Source of the DNA: Spirochaetia bacterium
GTDB taxonomy: Bacteria > Spirochaetota > Spirochaetia > Treponematales > UBA12059
NCBI GenBank assembly: GCA_034004175.1
Contig: JAVEXH010000001.1
Location: forward strand, 1 to 32,198
Length of the DNA: 32,198 nt
Direction: 5' to 3'
Numbering within the stretch: position 1 is the stretch's first letter; the number at the start of each line of letters is the position of its first letter. Of the stretch, positions 25,894 through 32,198 are shown one piece after another. Under the pieces are notes generated by a model. The model worked only from the letters and a program-made list of their open reading frames with translations. It was not told the DNA's origin and did no database searches. A program made the position numbers and the translations under genes.

Positions 25894-27750
25894 ATGGATA
25901 TAAAGGACTTCATCGCGCCCTTTGCGGTGTGGAAGCGGGCTTTCGAGAAACCCTTCACGGTAAAGAAGCCCATAGACGAGCGCCCTGGCGCACCACGGTA
26001 CCGGGGCTTCCATATAAACGATTCAGCCAGGTGTGTGGGTTGCGGTACCTGCGAAGCCATCTGCATGAACAATGCCATAGATATGGTTCCGGTTGACGAT
26101 TTGTTGCCGGATGGTGGTGATTCGGGCCTGCGGCCCCGGGTGGACTACGGCCGCTGCTGCTGGTGTGCCCTCTGCGTGGACATCTGTCCCTCGGGCTCTC
26201 TTGGCATGAGCAATGAGTATGTCTGGGTAGACCGCGACCCCGAAGTATTCCGCTACACCCCCGGTGTGGAGGCCAAGCCCTGGGACGGCGCCGAACTGGG
26301 TTACCGCCGGGCCGATGGCTACCGCCTGCTTGAAGAAGAACGAGTGGACATGCCCGAGCTGGACCACCACGAAGCAGTGAAATCCTTCCTTGAACTGGTT
26401 CGGGGCTACTCCCGGGAGCAGGCCGAGAAGGAAGCCGACCGCTGCGTATCCTGCGGGGTCTGCGTGGCATCCTGCCCGGCCCATATGGACATACCAGGCT
26501 ACATCCGGGCTGTGCGTGAGGGCGATCTGGAGGAAGGCCTGCGGCTGCTGTACGAGACCAATCCCTTTCCCGAGGCCTGTGGCCGCATCTGTACCCACCT
26601 CTGCGAGGCCGCTTGTTCAGTAGGATCGGGGATGAATGCCGACGGAACTCCGACAGACCCGGTGGCTATACGCTGGCTGAAACGCTACATAGCCGACCAG
26701 GTGGAGCTGGCCGATTACGGCAAGGCCCTGCCCAGGGCCGAAGCTCCCACCGGCAAGAAGATTGCCATAATCGGTGCAGGACCCGGCGGCTTGGCCGCAG
26801 CCTATTATCTGGCCCTGCTTGGCCATGGCGTTACGGTATTCGAGAAAGACGAAGCCGCCGGCGGCATGCTGCGCTACGGCATCCCTGAATACCGCCTGCC
26901 GTACCCCGCCCTGGACAAGGACATAGCCTGGATCACCTCCCTGGGTGTAGAGATACGTTACGGAACGGCAGTGGGCAAGGATCTGAGCCTGGCGTCCCTG
27001 TACAGCGACTACGATGCCGTATTCCTGTCCACCGGCCTTACGGTGGCCTACAAGCTGGATGTGCCTGGCGACAGCCACCCCCGGGTGCTGGACGGCGTGG
27101 CTGTACTTGCCGCCGCAACCAGAGGCGAGCCCCTAGGGCTTGGCCAGAAAGTGGCTGTGGTCGGCGGCGGCAACGTCGCCATGGACGCCGCACGGACGGC
27201 CCTGCGCAACGGCGCCGAGGTGGACATAGTCTACCGCCGCCGGGAAGTGGACATGCCAGCGGACCCCGAAGAGATCATGGAAGCCAAGGCCGAAGGTGCC
27301 ACTCTCATAGCCCAGGCAATTCCCCTGGAAGTGAAGCCCGCAACCGGTCCCGGTGCCGGGCCGGTTGCTGCCGACAAGGCCGGGTCGGATGCCGCCGGCG
27401 AGACCGCCACCAAGGCAACTTTCGTCTGGAACCTGGCGGAGATGGTGCAGAAGGAGCCGGGCAAGCGCCCCGTTCCCGAGCCCATACCCGGTGCAGTGGT
27501 CGAGAAGACATACGACTCCATCATAGCCGCCATAGGCCAAGGCCCGGACCTGTCGTACGTGGCCGAATCCGATGGCATAGAGCTGCGTCGATACAAACCG
27601 GTGATCGGTCCCGATGGCCGCACCAGCCGTGCCACCGTTTTTGCCGGCGGAGACCTGACCAACGACCGCAAGGACGCCATCTCTGCCATAGCCGACGGCC
27701 ACCGCGCCGCCCTGGCCATGGATCGCCTCCTTGCCGGAAAGGAAGCCTGA
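25894..27750 (+). CDS. fusion protein: NuoI/MbhN-like 2x[4Fe-4S] ferredoxin domain + GltD/SudA/NfnB-like NAD(P)H-dependent FAD oxidoreductase
   Basis: aa 47-57 CVGCGTCEAIC and aa 88-99 CCWCALCVDICP (NuoI-type). aa 184-195 CVSCGVCVASCP and 229-241 CGRICTHLCEAAC (GltD N-terminal Fe-S region). KKIAIIGAGPGGLAAAYYL...EKDEAAGGMLRYGIPEYRLP (FAD site). KVAVVGGGNVAMDAART...VYRRR (NAD(P)H site). VFAGGDL...AIADGHRAALAMD. Confidence 0.85.
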   Translation: MDIKDFIAPFAVWKRAFEKPFTVKKPIDERPGAPRYRGFHINDSARCVGCGTCEAICMNNAIDMVPVDDLLPDGGDSGLRPRVDYGRCCWCALCVDICPSGSLGMSNEYVWVDRDPEVFRYTPGVEAKPWDGAELGYRRADGYRLLEEERVDMPELDHHEAVKSFLELVRGYSREQAEKEADRCVSCGVCVASCPAHMDIPGYIRAVREGDLEEGLRLLYETNPFPEACGRICTHLCEAACSVGSGMNADGTPTDPVAIRWLKRYIADQVELADYGKALPRAEAPTGKKIAIIGAGPGGLAAAYYLALLGHGVTVFEKDEAAGGMLRYGIPEYRLPYPALDKDIAWITSLGVEIRYGTAVGKDLSLASLYSDYDAVFLSTGLTVAYKLDVPGDSHPRVLDGVAVLAAATRGEPLGLGQKVAVVGGGNVAMDAARTALRNGAEVDIVYRRREVDMPADPEEIMEAKAEGATLIAQAIPLEVKPATGPGAGPVAADKAGSDAAGETATKATFVWNLAEMVQKEPGKRPVPEPIPGAVVEKTYDSIIAAIGQGPDLSYVAESDGIELRRYKPVIGPDGRTSRATVFAGGDLTNDRKDAISAIADGHRAALAMDRLLAGKEA

Positions 27751-27751
27751 C

Positions 27752-28207
27752 ATGAACCAGACAGATTTTGCCGGGGCCCTTGAACTGGCCCTGGCCAGGG
27801 AAGAAGCAGCGGTTGCCTTCTACGAAGAATTGATGGGCATGGCCTCTTTTGCCGCCCAGAAGTCCACACTCCGGGAGTTCAGGCTCATGGAAGAAGGACA
27901 TGTGGCCATGGTCAAGTCCATGCAGGCCAAAGGCAGGGTAAACCTGTCACCCGATGCCGCCGTGGACCTTGGCCTGGCCCGCCGCCTGGCGGCCGAAGAA
28001 AAACCAGCCGCCGGCATGAGCTACCAGCAGATCCTGTCAGCCGCCATAAAGAAGGAAGAGCGCAGCAGCGACTTGTACCGTGACCTGGCCGCCGCTGCGG
28101 TTGACGGCGAGATACACCTGGTGTTCGAGCGCCTGGCAGCCGAAGAAAGCAGGCACAAGCACTACTTCGAGGAACTGTACGAGAACGAGGTGAGTAGAGA
28201 TAATTAG
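27752..28207 (+). CDS. rubrerythrin/ferritin-like diiron four-helix-bundle protein without rubredoxin domain
   Basis: 151 aa with no Cys. Ligand pattern E...ExxH twice (REEAAVAFYEE, MEEGH, KKEERSSDLY, AEESRH). ATG at 27752 lies 1 nt after the TGA of the upstream gene, with GGAAAGGAAG upstream; track start 27731 rejected. Confidence 0.7.
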   Translation: MNQTDFAGALELALAREEAAVAFYEELMGMASFAAQKSTLREFRLMEEGHVAMVKSMQAKGRVNLSPDAAVDLGLARRLAAEEKPAAGMSYQQILSAAIKKEERSSDLYRDLAAAAVDGEIHLVFERLAAEESRHKHYFEELYENEVSRDN

Positions 28208-28314
28208 GTTGAGCAGGCAAGCCTTCATCAAGCTGTGGATCAGTGAACGCCTCAAGGAAGAGTTGCGGTTCAAGCAGTCGTCTTGAATGATGGAAGCATA
28301 CATTTCTTTTTAGG

Positions 28315-28348
28315 TGCCATAAATGCAGAAATACTTGCATTTATGGCA
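28315..28348. repeat. perfect 13-bp inverted repeat (TGCCATAAATGCA-N8-TGCATTTATGGCA): terminator of the long operon and/or operator of the downstream gene
   Basis: Arms at 28315-28327 and 28336-28348 are exact reverse complements. It lies 108 nt after the rubrerythrin-like stop and 27 nt before the ATG at 28375. The stem is AT-rich with no clean U-tract. Confidence 0.6.
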
Positions 28349-28374
28349 GATATTATGTTCCAAGGGGTATATCC

Positions 28375-29694
28375 ATGGAACGATTGCTTGTAAAGGAACT
28401 TGAGGCATGGAAAAGCCGACAAGGCAGGAAACCCCTGCTTCTCAAGGGCGTACGCCAATGTGGCAAGACGTATCTGCTCAGGGAGTTCGGCAAAGCACAT
28501 TTCAGTGATGTCGCATACTTCAATTTCGAGCTTACCCCAGCCCTTTCAGGTCTCTTTGAAATTGATCTGGATCCATCCCGCATCATCACTGAACTGGGTA
28601 TCCTGCAAGGGCAGAAGATCGAGACTGAGACAACCCTGATCATCTGGGATGAGGTACAGTTCTGCCCTAAGGCTCTGACCGCCCTCAAGTATTTCTCGGA
28701 GCTGGCCCCAGGGTATGCCTTGGCCTGTGCTGGCTCACTTCTGGGTGTGGCCTTGTCGAAACCCTCCTCTTTTCCGGTGGGTAAGGTTGATATCCTGGTT
28801 CTGCGGCCGATGGATTTCCGTGAGTTCCTGGTAGCAAGCCAGGAGAAGCAACTCATCGACTATGCAGCCGGTTTGCCTCCGGATGGGCAGCTTTCCCAAG
28901 CGTTGATTGACAAGTTTTTGGTAGCCCTCAGGATGTTCCAGATAATCGGCGGAATGCCTGAAGCAGTCTCAGCATGGCTACAGAACCGGAATATGGCTGA
29001 GGTGGAGAGAATACAGGATGCCATCCTGGCTAGCTATGAGCTTGATTTTGCCAAATATGCCCCTCCTGCGGATTTTCCGAAGCTCAAGCTGATATGGAAG
29101 AGCATCCCTGCCCAGTTATCCAGGGAAAGCGGGAAATTCCTGTACGGCCACGCAAAGCCGGGGGCACGGGCCAAGGATCTGAAGGACGCCCTGGGCTGGC
29201 TTACCGAGGCAGGCCTTGCATACAAGGTAGGAAGGGTAGAGAAACCAGCCTTCCCCTTGTCCGCCTATATGGACCAGAAAGCCTTCAAGCTGTACCTGGC
29301 GGATATCGGGTTGCTGCGCCGTCTGGCAGGAGTGCCGGGTTCTGTCATGCTCGACGGGAATACCCTGTACAGCGAGTTCAAAGGTGCTCTGATGGAAAAC
29401 TTTGTCCTGAATGAGTTGCTGCGCTTTCTGGGAGACCTGCCCAGCTACTGGACTTCCGGGAATCAGGCAGAGGTGGATTTTGTCTTCCAGTACCATGACA
29501 GCATCCTGCCCCTGGAAGTAAAAGCAGCGACGAATATTCGCTCCCGAAGTTTGGCTGCCTACAGGGAAAAGTACCGACCGCAACTGGCCTTGCGGACCTC
29601 ACTGATGGCGTGCAAGTCCGAGGATGGGCTGTTGAACATTCCGTTGTATCTCTTATGGAACATGGCTGTGTATGTGAGGAAGGTGCTTTCCTGA
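28375..29694 (+). CDS. AAA+ ATPase with C-terminal DUF4143 / PD-(D/E)xK nuclease-like domain
   Basis: Walker A GVRQCGKTYL and Walker B LIIWDEVQ. C-terminal EVDFVF...LPLEVKAA resembles a D...ExK restriction-endonuclease-fold motif. AAGGGG SD 8 nt upstream. Confidence 0.8.
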   Translation: MERLLVKELEAWKSRQGRKPLLLKGVRQCGKTYLLREFGKAHFSDVAYFNFELTPALSGLFEIDLDPSRIITELGILQGQKIETETTLIIWDEVQFCPKALTALKYFSELAPGYALACAGSLLGVALSKPSSFPVGKVDILVLRPMDFREFLVASQEKQLIDYAAGLPPDGQLSQALIDKFLVALRMFQIIGGMPEAVSAWLQNRNMAEVERIQDAILASYELDFAKYAPPADFPKLKLIWKSIPAQLSRESGKFLYGHAKPGARAKDLKDALGWLTEAGLAYKVGRVEKPAFPLSAYMDQKAFKLYLADIGLLRRLAGVPGSVMLDGNTLYSEFKGALMENFVLNELLRFLGDLPSYWTSGNQAEVDFVFQYHDSILPLEVKAATNIRSRSLAAYREKYRPQLALRTSLMACKSEDGLLNIPLYLLWNMAVYVRKVLS

Positions 29695-29723
29695 GATACC
29701 TTGGAGTAATGCGTGGGTCCAGT

Positions 29724-30323
29724 TCACCGGAACCACAGAACCACGGCTGGTATGTCAGGCTTGTAGACCATCAGCGCGAACACGATTACCAGGGGAGCTA
29801 CGCCAGCCAGCCCTACCCACCAGCGCAACCTGAACAGCCGGACAAGCTCCTCCGGTAGTGCCTGATCAGCGGGATCAAGAGCGGCCATGAGACTCTTAAC
29901 CTTGTACTGGGTTGGGATATCGCTTAATACCCAGATGAGGCCGGAAAGCAGGAACAGGAGAAACGCCAGGGACAGCCAGCCAATCTCCCACAGATCGCCC
30001 ATCATGAAGCTTAGCGAGAGGCCCGCGACAAGGGACAGGACGATCAGGGGTGACGAGAAGCGGGCGTCCAGCCAGGCCACGGTGGCGTAGGTATGCAGAA
30101 TCACTTCCTTGCGGCCGGAGGCCAGGCTCCTGCTTTCCCAGAGCATGCCCATAACGGCGTTGGCAAAGAACAGGGTAGCCGCCGCGATATGGATGAAGAG
30201 CATATGGCCATGCAGTGTCGGCTGATCAAGCAGTTCGATGAATTGTGCCCGGAAGAATATGGCAAAGGCAATCAGGCCCGCCATTGCAGCCAGAAAACCG
30301 GACAGGACGTACTTTGTCTTCAT
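29724..30323 (-). CDS. hypothetical integral membrane protein (about 5 TM)
   Basis: 199-aa ORF made of hydrophobic helices (LAAMAGLIAFAIFF, MLFIHIAAATLFFANAVMGML, LIVLSLVAGLSLSFMM, WLSLAFLLFLLSGLIWVL, VGLAGVAPLVIVFALMV). I cannot assign a family with confidence. Confidence 0.6.
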   Translation of the reverse strand: MKTKYVLSGFLAAMAGLIAFAIFFRAQFIELLDQPTLHGHMLFIHIAAATLFFANAVMGMLWESRSLASGRKEVILHTYATVAWLDARFSSPLIVLSLVAGLSLSFMMGDLWEIGWLSLAFLLFLLSGLIWVLSDIPTQYKVKSLMAALDPADQALPEELVRLFRLRWWVGLAGVAPLVIVFALMVYKPDIPAVVLWFR

Positions 30324-30453
30324 GATACATCATTGGAACACATTTGATGGCAGATGGCAAGAACACTGATCATAGACTATTCCATCAGCTATTTCGTTTG
30401 CCCGGAGGGCTCTGAATAGCTACAATTACTGTACAACCCGTGAGGAGTTCCGC

Positions 30454-31419
30454 ATGACACAGGGTGCGATGCGGCGGTACTGGCCGCAGTATGAATGGTC
30501 GAATGTCTTCGCCATGATGAAAAACATGAAAAAGGAGACAAAAGTATGCCTTGAGCCTTTCCACGGAAGGCTGGTTGTCATCACCGGGGCAAGCTCGGGC
30601 ATAGGCTACCATACGGCACGGAAGTACGCCTCCCTGGGTGCCCGCATCATCATGATCAACAGGAACGAAGAGAAATCGGAACGTGTCCGCAAGGAAATAG
30701 CCGATGGATCCGGTGTACCGGTGGAGTATCTGATAGCTGATCTCTCTGTACTTGCTGATATGCAGCGGGCAGGGGCGTATCTTGCGGGGCTCGGTCGGCC
30801 GATTGATGTGCTGATACACAATGCGGGGCTTCACCTGGAAACGCGAACTTTTTCCCCCGACGGTCTGGAGCTTAATTTTGCGCTGCACTATCTGGCACCC
30901 TTCGTCATGACCAACATGCTTGTACCGAAGCTGAAGCGCGACAGGATCAGCAGGATCATCTTTGTGGGATCCGAGAGCTACCGTTTTGCGGTCTGGGGCC
31001 TGGACCTGGATGACCTTCAGTGGGAGCGCAGGCGGTATTCGGGGCTCAAGGGCTACGGGGCGGGTAAGCTGGCACAGCTTCTGTCAATGCATCTTTTCGC
31101 TGAAGAGCTGAAACCTTATGGTGTGTCGGTGAACGCCATGCACCCAGGCATGGTCAGGACGGAGACGGGCAAGGACAACGGCAGGTTTTATCAGTGGTAC
31201 AAAAAAAATATCATCGACAGGAATTCAGCTTCGGCCGAGATCTCTGCCGAGGCACTTTATTATCTGGGAGCTTCGGACGAAGTAGCCGGAACAAGTGACA
31301 CTTTCTTTCACCTGACAACGGAGGAAGTGCTGACTCCGCCTGCCCTGGACCTGGAAGCCGCGGAGGCACTCTGGGCGAAGACTATGGAAATCCTGCATGG
31401 GAAAGGGATCGTTCTGTGA
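30454..31419 (+). CDS. short-chain dehydrogenase/reductase (classical SDR)
   Basis: TGASSGIG cofactor motif, NAG, and catalytic YGAGK (YxxxK). GAGGAG SD 6 nt upstream of ATG 30454. Confidence 0.85.
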   Translation: MTQGAMRRYWPQYEWSNVFAMMKNMKKETKVCLEPFHGRLVVITGASSGIGYHTARKYASLGARIIMINRNEEKSERVRKEIADGSGVPVEYLIADLSVLADMQRAGAYLAGLGRPIDVLIHNAGLHLETRTFSPDGLELNFALHYLAPFVMTNMLVPKLKRDRISRIIFVGSESYRFAVWGLDLDDLQWERRRYSGLKGYGAGKLAQLLSMHLFAEELKPYGVSVNAMHPGMVRTETGKDNGRFYQWYKKNIIDRNSASAEISAEALYYLGASDEVAGTSDTFFHLTTEEVLTPPALDLEAAEALWAKTMEILHGKGIVL

Positions 31420-31476
31420 TGCAGGGACTCACATTGTGATGAAAAAGCTTGCTATGTAATGCAGGGGGATCAATCT

Positions 31477-32198
31477 GTGATACAGAAAGATATCATCGTG
31501 GTCGGCGGAGGTATAGCGGGGCTTACCGCAGCTTTGAGCCTTGCCCACAAGGGAAGAGATGTGCTCCTTGTCGAGAAGAATGTGTCCTGTGGCGGGCTCA
31601 TGAATTCTTTCGTACGCGACGGTTTCCGTTTTGAAGGCGGTGCCCGGGCTCTGGTCAATGCCGGCCTCGTGAAGCCCCTGATCAAGAAATTCGGGCTTGA
31701 TATAAAAGTATTGCCCAATCCTATCACCCTTGGCATCGAAGACAGGATGCTTGTCATCCATGGGGAAGAAAGCCTGAACGACTACGCCGGACTGCTCAAG
31801 GATCTGTATCCACAAAGTGTTGACGAGGTGGACAGGATCATCCAGGCCATACACAACATCATCGAGGATATGAAGGTCCTGTACGGTGTTGACAATCCTT
31901 TGTTCACCCAGAAGAAAAAAAACATCCTCACCCTTGCGCCATCAGTGATAGCCTGGACACTGAAATTCTTCAGGACGATGTACCGCATCTCGAAGATGGA
32001 TACGCCCTTCGAGGACTACCTGGACGCGATCTCGTCAAACCAATCCCTGAAGGACATCATCGGCCAGCACTTCTTCAGGAAGACGCCTGTGTTCTTTGCC
32101 CTGAGCTATTTTGCGCTCTACAACGATTACATTTACCCTAAGGGAGGAGTTGGGGCCTTCATCGAAGCTTTGGTCGACGCGATACGCACGCATGGCGG
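31477..32198 (+). CDS. FAD/NAD(P)-dependent oxidoreductase, phytoene-desaturase (CrtI/COG1233-like) family; 3' end outside window
   Basis: Not in the ORF track because it has no stop. My translation from GTG 31477 (AGGGGGA 7 nt upstream) is open to the window edge and begins VIQKDIIVVGGGIAGLTAALSLAHKGRDVLLVEKNVSCGGL, a dinucleotide-binding GxGxxG...E motif. Confidence 0.7.
   Translation, partial: MIQKDIIVVGGGIAGLTAALSLAHKGRDVLLVEKNVSCGGLMNSFVRDGFRFEGGARALVNAGLVKPLIKKFGLDIKVLPNPITLGIEDRMLVIHGEESLNDYAGLLKDLYPQSVDEVDRIIQAIHNIIEDMKVLYGVDNPLFTQKKKNILTLAPSVIAWTLKFFRTMYRISKMDTPFEDYLDAISSNQSLKDIIGQHFFRKTPVFFALSYFALYNDYIYPKGGVGAFIEALVDAIRTHG

Noticed and set aside
16832-27750. Calling the operon a membrane-bound [NiFe] hydrogenase (Mbh/Ech/Hyc/Hyf), a canonical Mrp Na+/H+ antiporter, or complex I
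   Set aside because: Hydrogenase: all four Ni-Fe Cys positions in the large subunit are substituted and no hyp or protease genes are adjacent. Mrp: NuoH/B/C/D/I-like genes are embedded in the same coupled operon, and there is no full-length MrpA. Complex I: there are no NuoA/J/E/F/G genes and the gene order is wrong.
31429-31854. 141-aa minus-strand ORF at the right end
   Set aside because: The opposite strand carries an open frame from GTG 31477 to the window edge, with a textbook GxGxxG FAD-binding N-terminus and an SD. The minus ORF is its shadow.
1-32198. Scan for CRISPR arrays, tandem repeats, IS/transposase or integrase genes, rRNA/tRNA
   Set aside because: I recognised no regularly spaced direct repeats, no transposase- or integrase-like ORFs and no structured RNA genes. 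This was a manual scan, so short or degenerate elements could have been missed.

Overview
A GC-rich bacterial chromosomal segment, probably from an anaerobic heterotroph, with four blocks and no rRNA, tRNA, CRISPR array or transposase that I could find. (1) Left edge to ~5.7 kb: the tail of an FN3-type surface protein, a membrane-anchored coiled-coil protein, a Cache/HAMP/HD-GYP c-di-GMP phosphodiesterase, an iron-type alcohol dehydrogenase and an orphan galactitol-family PTS EIIC. (2) 5.7-15.9 kb, all minus strand: a ChvE/GguA/GguB-type sugar ABC importer downstream of a YesM/YesN-type kinase and AraC-type regulator. These are flanked by two periplasmic-binding-protein paralogues and preceded by an MtaA/URO-D-family methyltransferase. 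The kinase carries an in-frame TAA. (3) 16.8-28.2 kb, plus strand, the most interesting part: a translationally coupled 13-gene operon. It joins an Mrp-type antiporter module (E, F, G, MbhD-like, B, C), a fused double NuoN/MrpD-like pump and a NuoH/B/C/D core. Gene order matches archaeal mbx/mbs as I recall it. The 'large subunit' has none of the four [NiFe] cysteines and the NuoB-like subunit keeps three of four cluster cysteines. The NuoI-like ferredoxin subunit is fused to a GltD/SudA-type NAD(P)H flavoprotein, and a Cys-less rubrerythrin-like protein ends the operon. This looks like an uncharacterised ion-translocating oxidoreductase of unknown substrate. (4) 28.3 kb to the right edge: a DUF4143 AAA+/PD-(D/E)xK protein behind a perfect hairpin, a membrane protein, an SDR and a partial CrtI-family flavoprotein.
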